A DNA stretch of 64,000 nt, from assembly GCF_009914755.1 (NCBI RefSeq), contig NC_060925.1, one strand, 5' to 3'. The notes under the pieces were generated by a model. The model saw nothing but the letters and a program-made list of their open reading frames with translations, made no database searches and was not told where the DNA came from. The translations under genes and the position numbers were made by a program. This stretch comes from the human T2T-CHM13v2.0 reference genome, Homo sapiens. This document shows, in pieces, positions 1 to 11,955 of this stretch (position 1 is the first letter of the stretch; every line of letters starts with the position of its first letter).

Positions 1-697
1 TCATTTATTTTATGTATTAAATTAGACAAAGAAATAAATATGCAACTGGATAAAAACAATCACATTCTTATACTACCTGAACACACAGTAGTGGTAAAAA
101 AAAAAAATAAAATAATGAATTGTAAAATGGGCCCCAGGATTTAATGCAAACATCACCCTGTACAAGAAAAGTTTCAGGCTTCTAGCTTCACCGAATCTAG
201 TACTAAATGTGCTTCTTTATATTCCTCAGTGTCTTCCAAGTCTTTTTCACTTTCTAACATCTGTTGAAGATCCAAATATGCAGCTTCCAACCTGCGCTGG
301 CAATCTGGGATCATCATCTGGGATTCTTGTAGGATCTCTGCCTGCTTTTTAATGGCATAATTTTCACCATCTTCGGCTCTCATTTTTTCGATCTTTTCTT
401 CTTGTTATTTTGCTTCTTTTCCATACGTCAGTTTTTCTTTGACCGACCTGCAAACCTCTGATGGCTCTCTATTACCAAGCAATTCAACTTTTTCTTGTAA
501 TATCATGACTTTTCCCTTGCTTCTTTGGAGCACTTCCAGCATCACTAGTGGCACTCCGTATGGGTCTCGTGGTGTTATTTAAGATTTACATTCAAGGTTT
601 ACAAGATTGCACACTTCACCACACTAGTCTTGATCTTGGTTGGCCTCATGCAAGGGTTGGCCGTGGTCCCTTGAGCACTGCAAGAAGAAGGAGCAGA

Positions 698-700
<3 letters not shown>
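1..700 (-). pseudogene. TBCA: Processed pseudogene of tubulin-specific chaperone A (TBCA), with a 164-nt extra segment at the exon1/exon2 junction
   Basis: ORF 174-383 (MRAEDGENYAIKKQAEILQESQMMIPDCQRRLEAAYLDLQ...VLDSVKLEA) is the TBCA C-terminal part with no introns. 384-447 continues upstream as SVKEKLTYGKEAK*QEEKIEK with a premature TAA at 405-407. 612-664 encodes TANPCMRPTKIKTSVVK (TBCA MADPRVRQIKIKTGVVK) with ATG mutated to ACG at 664-662. The 3'UTR runs to an AATAAA at 9-4; the poly(A) tail would lie just outside the window. Confidence 0.96.
448..611 (-). mobile_element. Internal fragment of a Tigger2-like (TcMar-Tigger) DNA transposon encoding the transposase N-terminus, embedded in the TBCA retrocopy
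   Basis: Minus strand reads ...SATSDAGSAPKKQ/KVMILQEKVELL (one frameshift), a CENP-B/pogo-type N-terminal motif matching my recollection of the Tigger2 consensus. No terminal inverted repeats (TIRs) or TA TSD. Confidence 0.8.
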
Positions 701-988
<288 letters not shown>

Positions 989-2509
989 AATCGAAGGACA
1001 GGCAGAGACACCAGTTTCTTATTCAGGTCCTCATAGCAATTTGACCAGTTCTGGTCTTCTCAGGGGTCGTTTTTAAAGGGAATGGAAATATGTCCCTGCT
1101 TCGACCCTAAGCAACTACCCTTGACTTTGACTTTGGTGTCCAAAAGCTCCATGTTGATTTGTTAAGTAGGGCTGATTATGTCTCGCCTTCTTCAGGGACA
1201 GTGGTCCTCAAGGTTGTTTTGGCTTTCGGACAACTTGGATAGGACAAAAGGACTGTCCGCCTCCTTATCACCTCCTTCGCATTTGCCGTTCTTAATAGAA
1301 CCCCTTCTGAGATAGGGAGGCAGTTGTTTCTCCCGGCAACAGGATGCTAAGGGAGGGGTAGCAGAATTAATTGTATCTTCCCACCAGGAGGAAGGAACCA
1401 CAGTGCTGTCATTCTAAATGTTGGTATTGCGTCTCTGGGTCTAGCCTGCGTGTTGAGAGCCATCACCTGGAAGAGGAGGATCCTAAGCTGAGAGAGGGAA
1501 ATTCTTAAATCAGCTCATGCTGGACTCGTCTTACGTTGTTTTACCCTGAATCTGGAAAGCATAGCAGAGTCATGGGGTGGGACTGCCTGAAACGGCGGTC
1601 TAACCACTGCTGGTATAGAAACTTAGATCTTGCCCATCACCTTACCCTTGACCTTCCCTCTTCTTCCATAAACCGTCTGTGGGATGAGTGTGTGTTGTGC
1701 GTGATTCAGCTTACACCAGACTTGTCACCTGTCATTCAACAGGGTCTGTAACTGTTGCTTTAGTTTCAGAGGCACCCGTTTTTCTTGGGTGTTTGGAGGC
1801 GAGTCTGGAAGTATGTTTCAGGGAAGGGACCAGATATGTATTTCAAGGTTCAGCATGTTAAGTTGTGCTTGCTCTCCAGGCGCTCAGCTCAGCCCCCATT
1901 AAAAAGGCTGAACTGGAGAATTGTAACAACATACAGAGGGGTCCTGAGAGCCTGCCCCACACTGCGACCATGATGGTCTGTTACTGGAGAAGGTTTAAAA
2001 TGTAGCATGCAGTCTAAGCATGATTTTAACTCGAGGCAGTGGTGTGGTTTTAGCACCAAGCTAGAAGGAGATGGGTTATTAATCCTTTTGACATTCCCTT
2101 TGAATAGCATCATATTTCAATCCTGTTAAGCTGTGGGGCCGTTGTTTATCGGACTCCCTCCAAAAGCAGGACCTCTGCTGTGCTGAAGCTGCAAAACACT
2201 GCCCAGCTCTGTGCCTTTCGGTCGACAGTCGGCTTCAGCCTTCTCAGCTGACCCCTCCACCTCATCAGCTCTGAGATCAACTCAGGCAGCTCCCAGCTGC
2301 CTCAGCTCACCCATCTGTCACTGGCCAAGGAAGGGTCAATGGGCCTGGTGCCCTTTAGTTGGAATGTCGAGAAAAGGAAGAAGGAAAACTGCATCTAGAA
2401 AATACTTTTTTAAGTTGGAGGGTAAGGTAGTCAGGCATGCTGAAGAATCCAGGATTCTAAATGTGACTATCTCCATGCCTTCAGCTGTCTGTGTTGATCT
2501 CCTCAACTG

Positions 2510-3050
2510 AAACATTCATTCATTCATTTATTCATTCATCAAACATTAATGAGCACTTCCCAAGTATAATATGCAAGGTGCCACAGACACAAGGATGAAC
2601 ATAGAAGATGAATCTTCTGCTCTTATCAAATGACCATCTAGGAGGAAGGGGCATTGGCCAGAGGAAAGTTGGTGTCAGAGTACAGGATCTGGAAATAGAT
2701 CATCTGGGCTTTGAAGCCTGACTCTGCTACTTATAGGCTGGGCGACTTAGGGAAAAGTCATTTCACCTCCATGAGCCTCAGTTTTCTCCTCTGTAAAATG
2801 GGGCTAATAATGGTGCCCTTCTTACAGAGCTGTTGAAAGGACTCAATGCATCACTGCAAATGACACACTTAAGAGGCATTCGGTAATTGTTGGGTTTGTT
2901 ATTAACTAATTTCTGTGTAATCTATATTATACAAGGGCAAGCACAGGGTGTTAGGGGAACATATTACAGGGGAAATTTGCCTTATATCGGAGGTCATGGA
3001 AGGCATCTCCAATGATGGCACATTTAAGCTGGGAATTGGAGGTCAGTCCC
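2510..3050 (-). mobile_element. L2 3' relic interrupted by a MIR
   Basis: (CATT)n-caaacattaatgagcac L2 tail motif; resumes ~2900 with ggaaggcatctcc...catttaagctg. Confidence 0.6.
2670..2895 (+). mobile_element. MIR SINE
   Basis: core gcctcagttttctcctctgtaaaatggggctaataat. Confidence 0.85.
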
Positions 3051-3556
3051 TACTCTCTTGTCCCTAAGGGTTGACTGCTCACTTCAAAGTCTGCCAAGAT
3101 GAAGCTTAATTGGATCTCTGTCTTCTCTCAGCTTAGACAGGGAGGCTTTCAGGCAAGGTGTATACCTTGAACATCTTTCTAGAACTTTCTACTGCAATGA
3201 TGCTATCATATTGCTTTGCCCTTCATTGAACAACCAAATAAGTGAGCAATCAATCGATACCTCCACACAGACACTGGAAGATTTGAAGATTTGGGTCTGC
3301 TACAACATGGCCCTGGGGATAGCTCCAGCTGGCCTTATAGATCTGTAAGGTTCTCCTTATTGCCCTGCCTTAAAATTGTCTCAGGAGTTAGCAGTTGGTT
3401 GAACCCAACACTCTTGGACTGTCAGCAAAAAGAACACTTGCCCACAGGCTGCCCTCTGCCCAGAAGTGAAAGAAATTATAGGAGAAGAATAGAATGCAGG
3501 GAAGAAGGGTCTCAGGTGACTTTGGAATGCCACCTCTTTCCCCAGACTACATTCCA

Positions 3557-3851
<295 letters not shown>

Positions 3852-4673
3852 TCTCCACCCTGTCTTCTATACCACTCTCCCTCACTGGCCATAGCTTTTA
3901 GGGGTGCTATACCTCCCACTACAGCCAGCATACATATGTCTTGATTTATACAGAAGGTGTGATCCTGAAAATCTGTTTATAAATCTTGCCTGTTTTGGTG
4001 AATACAGTAAAAAGCCTTCCAGGAGACGTGTTGATACACAACATGTTATATATAATTCAGTTTTCCTTTAGCTACTATATTAATTTTGTATGCAGAGTAT
4101 TTTTAAATTGCTATCCATGCTGTGCTTGCTCCTGCCATGTGAACCTGAGACCCCCAGAGGACCATCCACTCATCTCCTTCCCCCTAGTGTCAGTATCTCA
4201 GCCCTTTATTCATCCTGAAAGTATTGGTGAGCAACCCTCTGTGCCAAGTCTTGTGCTAGTGAACTCTGGGAACAAGTGAACCACGCAGCATTTACCTCCA
4301 GGGAGCTCATAGTCACAAACAGGGAATTATTACACGGTGTGCTAACAGATTGGCATAGGCAATTAGTGGGAACACCAGCCTGAGGGCATCCAGGGGAAGG
4401 ATGCAGACGTTCTGGGCAGAGGGGACAGTTTAACCCCAGTGAGGAGGTGGGAAACTGTATCGTTAAGTGGTTAATGCTGCTGAGTGTAAAGGGTTAAACA
4501 GGGAGTGGGCTGGTGGAACCAGGTCATGGAGGATCTTTGCCCATGGAGATGGGCAGGAAGAAGCCAGGAAAGGAGTCAGGCAGGTGAGGGGTTTGGCAAC
4601 ATTGCATGTTTCCTGCCTATTGCATCCTCTTGGGAACAATTCTGCCATTTACAGCAAGAGCATCCCCATAGGC

Positions 4674-4860
4674 CACTGGTTCTCCAACTTAAGCATGCTT
4701 CAGAGTCATCTAGAGGGTTTGATAAAACCCAAATGTCTGGGTCCCACTCCCAGAGTTTCTGATTCAGCAGGTCTGGGGTGGGACTGAGAGCTTGCATCTC
4801 TAACAAGCTCCCAGCGAGGCTGATCCTGTTGCTCCAGGGACCACACCTTGAGAACCACTG
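4674..4860 (-). mobile_element. MER5A hAT-Charlie MITE
   Basis: TIRs cactggttctc...gagaaccactg; internal tctgattcagcaggtctggggtggg. Confidence 0.85.
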
Positions 4861-5056
4861 GTTGGGCATTGATGAGGTCAACCAGGAGAAGCAGTGTCCC
4901 CTAGAACTGGCAGGAGAGAAAGGACAAGGCTAAGAAACAGTGAACAGGAGTCAAGTAAATGCAGCTGCCAACAGGCGGGGGTCCTTGAGTTCACATTCTT
5001 GGTTCCAGGTGACGTTTCCTGGGAGTCAACAACCCTTCTCCTATGAAAAAGAAAAG

Positions 5057-5430
<374 letters not shown>

Positions 5431-7444
5431 TCAAAGCACATACTGGCCACAGCTATGTTGAGGAAACAATGACCTCCTGTCCGTAAGCATGCACAACTTT
5501 GTTTATTTTTAATCATCTCTGTTCTTCTGGAGAGTAAGTGCCTCACATTGAAAGCTTTATTATGGAATCCCATTTCTCATTGATTTACATTCTCCTCTCT
5601 CATGGCTCTGTGATCAACGGGGCTGCGTCGTCAGTGGGCAGCAGCTCACCATGCCCCCATCTCTCTTCCTATTCCTGCCTCCCACCCCTTTAATTTAGTG
5701 AGCCATAAACACTTCAGTCCACTGAAAGAGTATTGGTTTAAAGGGGCCTAGAGACAAAGCTCTTTTTTGATAAAGGGAAGACCTGCTCTTAAGCTTTGAA
5801 CTTCACGTTTTCCTATGTTAAAACTGTGGTCTCAGGGGCCTAGCCCCACTGCCCTATGACTGTGGCCTCTGGCCTGGTCCCCTGGCTATCACATGCCTTT
5901 AATTCCATCTCGAGCTCCTCACACATCTCATTCTAATGTAGCTCTTGCCAAAGGATCCAGCAGAGAGGCTGCTTCCCAGAGCATAGAGCCCTTGGAAGTA
6001 GGAGAAATGGGGATCACTGAGGTAGAGTAGCCGGAAAAACTGAGTCTCCCTTCTCGGGAGTATAAGGCAAGATTGGCCAAGCCTTGGCCAGGTTCCTGAG
6101 GTTTGCCTATGTCCTTAGTTCTCCAGTATTCTACCCAAGGACTGTTCAGAGTCTCCTATGCTGTGGCTCTTCATTCCTAGGGAACGGGTGTGAATTTCCA
6201 TCTGCAAAATTAGTGACTTTTTTGGTCCACATGTTAAAGGTTCTCCTCTGGCACATGCAGCTTTGATTTCAGCTTCAGGTCCCCATTTAGCCAGAATGGT
6301 GGAAGTGAGCCGCCACCAGCCAGTTCAGGTGGGGGTGGGGAGGGGAATAAAGTGCCCAGGGGTGGAGACCCAGGTGGGGTGGGATGGGGGCATCTGCCGC
6401 TTGATGCCATCTGTGCACCCAGACATCTGCTAAGACCTCCACCGTCCCATCTGGCCCTCGGCCGTGAGCCACGCAGATTCTGCTGATTTGCCGTTGGGGT
6501 CAGGTGGCTTGCTGCTTCGAGGCTGTCCCGTGCATATGGAAATAATTCCACTGCCCCTCCCATGTGGGCCTTCAGCAAACTCATCTCCCAGGGCCCAGCT
6601 CAAATGCCATCTTGCCACAGAGCCGCCCAGTGTTTCCCCTTTGGAGCTATTCTTTTGTAGCTAGGAGACCCTCATTGGTGAAAGCACTTAGCATGAGCTG
6701 TCTCCTGGCAGAATCCTTTGTGTAACGTCTACCTCTGCTGCTAAAACACCGCCTCCTCAGCGCCAGCACCAGCCCGTTTCATATCCCTGCTCCCAGAACC
6801 CTGAATGGATTAAAAGCATGGGTGGGAAAAGTTTGCTGAATTAAAATGCAAAGAATGTCCAAACACCTGAAGTTGGCAAACCCCAAGTCTGGCAGGAAAT
6901 CGCAAACAAGCTCCGCTGGTCTAACCACTAGTTCTCCTTGGAAAAAGAGAAAGTGGACAAGTTTAGCTGGCTCCTGGGAGAGCTATCTTCATTGATTTGG
7001 ACTGACCAGGGACAAGGACATAAAGGCTTCCCAGGTGAAATGGCAAGAGTTGCAGAAGGGAAGCCTTATCCACCTCTGCTCTTCCAGCGTCTGGCTGTAG
7101 CACATAGGAAAGCCCCAGTAAAGAACTCCTGGATACCTTCAACCAGAGCAGAAGTGAAACACAAACCCCCAGGGAAGTCCCAGACTGAAGGTCCAGGATC
7201 ATGAGATCCTCCAAGGACAATGAGGAGACAACAATTTAGCTGGCTCCTGGGAGAGCTGTCCTCGTTGATAAACTGAAAAGTCAGGGATGATTTTGTGGAT
7301 CTCAGGTGGCACCCAGGTGGGACCCAGGGAGGACCTGGAATGCTCTTGGACTCCATGCCTGGAAGGTTCTGTTTTCCCATGGAGATAGGTTTTTCCCTTT
7401 CCATTTAACCAGAGGCTCAAAAGAAAGAGCTTAGTGATACTCTG

Positions 7445-8200
7445 TGTTCATTTCAACAAATATGCATTGAGCATTATGCCCGGCCTTAGGCTAGGCGCTG
7501 GGAATACGATGGTGAGTGGAAGCTGACTGGTGGCTGCTCTCTCAGAGGCTACAGTGGGACAGGGACATACCATCCGAAGACTTAGCATCAAAGAAATAGC
7601 AGAGTTATAGGCTGTAGAAGTTACAACAGTAATAAAAACAGGCACTGCAAGAGAGAAAGAGAGCGATGAGGAGCATGAAGCTTGTTTACATTGGGTAGTA
7701 GAAAGGCTTCTTCAAAGAAGTGCCATTTGAGCCGAACCATGCATGACAAGAACGAACCAGCCAGCGGTGTGCTAGTAAATGTTTGACAGCCATCTCTTCA
7801 AACAAACAAAAGAATCAGGTCTGATTTGCGGAGTTTGCCAGTGTCCATGGTGTAAATGCTCACCATGGCTAATTTCAAACTGTCTCTGTGATGTCATGCT
7901 GATATCATGGGAAGAGATGTGCACAGTCAGCTCTCATGAGCTGGCATAATGAGTTGGCCCGACACTCACTAGAGTGGGCCAGACAAAGCTCTAGAGAGTG
8001 CGCAGTCCAGGCAGAGGAAATTGCACGTGCAAAGGCTGTGAGGCAGGAATAAGTATGGTGCGTTCAAGGAACAGAGAGGAGAACATGACAGCCTCCATCA
8101 CAAGCAAGGGGCAGAAAGGGTTATGCTGAAAGAAGGCCAGATCACATAGGGCGTTATGAGCCATAGGAAGGACTTATGGTCAAGAAAGTCTTTGAAAACC
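7445..8200 (-). mobile_element. L2 relic interrupted by MER63
   Basis: ttcatttcaacaaatatgcattgagc at the start; ccaggcagaggaaattgcacgtgcaaaggc after the insertion. Confidence 0.7.
7761..7972 (-). mobile_element. MER63-type hAT-Blackjack MITE
   Basis: ccagcggtgtgctagtaaatgttt end; internal tccatggtgtaaatgctcaccatggc and gggaagagatgtgcacagtcagctctcatgagctggc. Confidence 0.7.
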
Positions 8201-8297
8201 CGAAATGGCAATGCCTGTGTACTAGGATGGCACTGCCAGCAATATCATGGGAAGGAGGAGGACTTGCCCACGTCATTCTTGAAAATGTGCTGTAACT

Positions 8298-8532
8298 GAT
8301 CACGAGGTCAGGAGTTTGAGACCAGCCTGGTCAACATGATGAAACCCTGTCTCTACTAAAAATACAAAAATTAGTTGGCCATGGTGGTGTGCGCCTGTAA
8401 TCCCAGCTACTCAGGAGACTGAGGAGGAGAATCGCTTGAACCCGGGAGGTGGAGGTTGCAGTGAGCCGAGATCACGCCACTGCACTCCAGCCTGGGCTAC
8501 AGAACAAGACTCTGTCTTAAAAAAAAAAAAAA
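8298..8532 (+). mobile_element. 5'-truncated AluS
   Basis: Starts abruptly at gatcacgaggtcaggag; intact right arm and poly-A. Confidence 0.92.
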
Positions 8533-9172
8533 TAGTCAGAGGCTGTGCTCACTGCTCCAGTTTATTTGTTATTCTCCCAGTCTCTGATGGAGTGAGTCAT
8601 TGGTTTACTACTTAAGAAAATCAACTGTTTCCACAGGGAGAAAACAAATATTGTAGTGACAAATGTGTCCACACACCCACCTTCTGCTTGAAAATGTCAG
8701 TGGCATGGAAGTTGAGCATGTATGCCTCTCTCGTGTCTAAAAAGGCAATGGTGTGGCTTGCCAGAGGCGTCCAGGACACAGAAAAGACTCTGGCCAGGGT
8801 GGCTTCCTTGCAGCTGTGCAGTCTCTATTTTAACAGTCCTGGTCACGGAGCCAGAAAGGATCCAGTGAGAAAGAAGTGAGAGCAATAGCCACCTCTTAGC
8901 ATGGAATAAGCCCCTCTAGGAGTTGGATAAAATGGATCCAGATACATTCTTGGATGGTTCTTGTCTCCTGGCTCTGCTCTCAATGGGAAACTTCAACACA
9001 ATTCAGAGGAGCAATGTGAGTGGGCTTCAAAGGGAAGCCTTGCTAAATGAAGAAGCCGGAGAAGATTTCAATTAAGCCTGCTTAGTTCTGTATTGGACAT
9101 TTCAAAAGATGTGGCCCCCACCATGCTCATTAGTGATGAGTGTATAATGTAAAACATATGACATTAGTATAA

Positions 9173-9478
9173 TTTTTTTTCTGAGACAGGAAGTCGCTCT
9201 GTCACCCAGGCTGCAGTGCAATGGCATGCTCACAGCTCACTGCACTTAAGCCCAACCTCCTGGGCTTAAGTGATCCTCCCACCTCAGCCTCCTGAGTAGC
9301 TAGGACTGCAGGCATGTGCCACCATGCCTGGCTAATTTTTAAAATTGTTATTATTCTTAGTAGAGATTAGTTCTCACTATGTTTCCCAGGCTGGTCGTGA
9401 ACTCCTGGACTCAAGCTGTCGTCCTGCCTTGACCTCCCAAAGTGTTGGGATTACAGGCATGAGCCACTGTGCCCAGCC
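9173..9478 (-). mobile_element. AluJ
   Basis: Full dimer; TSD tagtataattttt on both sides. Confidence 0.93.
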
Positions 9479-9558
9479 TAGTATAATTTTTAAAAACAAG
9501 AGCAGTACCCTGCACACACTCTCCACCAGGAGTCCACACTCAAACAAGAGAGGCACAG

Positions 9559-9919
<361 letters not shown>

Positions 9920-10369
9920 TTACGCACTTCCCCTCCACCTCACCTACATGTATCTGTGCACACCCCACCTAGCCTCTGGTCTCAGTATCTCTGCCTCCCT
10001 GATTGTCAGCATACCCTGTGTGTGTCCCCTCTCATTACTGGAGCGGAGGCCCCTTTCCCTACTTGTTGACGTGCTAAAGCACATCTTCGCCTCTGGTCCT
10101 TTCTCATATGAGTACATGGGTCTGCTTTCTGGTTACTCATCACCAGTGCTCAGAGTACAAGCCAGAGGACAAGAGGCAATGAGTGGGGCAGAGGGGCTAT
10201 GTTCTTTGTTTACATCTCATTTCTCTTTGGGTCTTAAGTTTGCTGTTTTGAAAAGGCCCCATGGCCTGGGCAGCTCAGGAGGTTGAAGAAGCAAACCTCC
10301 GTGCAGGAGTTCTGAACTTAGAAAACTTGGATGGGCTCTAGGGTTTCTGGAAAATGCTGATATTTTTGC

Positions 10370-10374
<5 letters not shown>

Positions 10375-10414
<40 letters not shown>
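10375..10414. repeat. (TG)20 microsatellite
   Basis: Perfect dinucleotide run. Confidence 0.98.
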
Positions 10415-10415
<1 letters not shown>

Positions 10416-11059
10416 ATTTCTCTGTGAAGAGGGTTTGTGGCTTTCACCATGTCCTCAAAGAGGTTTTATGGCTTTAGCAATTCGCAAAAAGGTTATCAAC
10501 CAAGTGCCAAGATCCCCTCCACCACCAAACAAGATGAAAACCCAAAAACTTTGCTCAGGATCTCAGAGCTTCACTGACTCTCCATGAAACCCCACTCACA
10601 ATCCCTGTTTTGTTTTTTCTCAAGGCAGGAATTGGGAACGTGGTATGTATCGTGGGTGATACACAATACACAGAGTATCGTGTATCGATAGATTAGAGTT
10701 GGTGATACACCGAACTCAACTCACAGTCTTCAGTCTTCTGTCTGGTATTCTTTTTGAGAGTCACCTGGCGGCAAACCATTGTAATTGAAATGTAACGTGG
10801 CCCTTTCGCCATGCTCTGTGAAAGTGTTTAACGTGTGCCTTTGGTCTGTGCCCACCTTTTAGTATCACCGTCATTTCTTACTGTTTTTTCTTTCTTCCCC
10901 TGAAAAGTAGAAAAACAGGAATTAATACCTGAGATCTGTCCTAACCCACTATCCCCCTCCATTAAAGAAATTTTGGGGGTAATTTTTGGCTTACGATGTT
11001 CTAGAAACTGGCTGTGCTAAGCACATAGGATTTTGTAAAAATAATCTGACAGTTAAAGA

Positions 11060-11180
11060 CTATTGTTTATTCTCATGTTACAGATAAGGAAACTGAGGCT
11101 TTGAGAGGGTAAAAATTTTCCTAAGGTCAGGTGGTATGTAAATAGTAGGGCAAGGATTTGAATTCAGGTATATATTGGGT
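11060..11180 (-). mobile_element. MIR
   Basis: ttacagataaggaaactgaggct...ggatttgaattcagg. Confidence 0.75.
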
Positions 11181-11261
11181 CTTTGAGAGTACTCCCTGAA
11201 AACTACAGGTTCCTTACACTGCACACATCATGGAGGAGATTGGTCAAGAGTAGGTTGACCA

Positions 11262-11955
11262 GGCTGGGCGAGGTGGCTCACACCTGTACTCCCAGCTGAT
11301 ATGGTTTGGTAGTGTCCCCACCCAAATCTCATCTTGAATTGTAGTTCCCATAATCCCCATGGGTCATGGGAGGGACCAGGTAGAGATAATTGAATCATGG
11401 GAGCAGTTTCCTCCATCCTATTCTCATAATACTGAGTTAGCTCTCACAAGATCTGATGGTTTTATAAGAAGCTTCCCCCTTCAGTGGGCAGTCATTCTTC
11501 TTCTCCCTGCTGCCATGTGAAGAAGGACATGTTTGCTTCCCCTTCTGCCATGATTGTCAGTTTCCTGAGGCCTCCCAGCCATGCTGAACTGTGAGTCAAT
11601 TAAATCTTTTTCTTTTATAAATTACCCAGTCTCAGGTATGTCTTTATTAGCAGCATGAGAATGGACTAATACACCAGTGCTTTGGGAGGCGTAGGCAGGA
11701 AGATCACTTGGGGCCAGGAGTTGGAGACCAGCCTGGACCACATAGTGAGACTCTGTCTCTACAAAAGCACAATAAAAATTAGCCAGGCATGGTGGCACAC
11801 ACCTGTAGTCCCAGCTACTCAGGAGGCCAAACCAGAGGAGTTGTTGAGCCCAGGAGGTCAAGGCTGCAGTGAGTTGTGATGGCGTCGCTGCGCTTCAGCC
11901 TGGGGCAACTCCAGCCTGTGAGACTTTGTCTCTAAAAAAATGAAAAATAAAAAAG
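11262..11955 (+). mobile_element. AluJ split by a THE1 solo LTR
   Basis: First 35 nt at 11262-11296, remainder 11674-~11955; Alu TSD aagagtaggttgacca / aagaatagattgacca. Confidence 0.9.
11297..11673 (+). mobile_element. THE1C/D-type MaLR solo LTR
   Basis: tgatatggtttgg...ggactaataca, 377 bp; 5-bp TSD ccagc/ccagt. Confidence 0.92.

Noticed and set aside
174-383. 69-aa TBCA-like ORF as a functional gene
   Set aside because: The true start is mutated (ACG), there is an in-frame TAA at 405-407, it has no introns and no promoter is evident; it is a pseudogene remnant.
990-2130. Protein-looking minus-strand stretch (e.g. KNGKCEGGDKEADSPFVLSKLSESQNNLEDH...QINMELLDTKVKVKG) as a decayed large exon
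   Set aside because: My hand translation of that frame gave about 15 stops in ~310 codons, the random expectation, and I recognise no homologue. A tBLASTx search would be needed to revive it.
10757-10775. CTCF-like site (reverse strand GCCGCCAGGTGACTC)
   Set aside because: Mismatch in the highly constrained GGC part of the core; weak.
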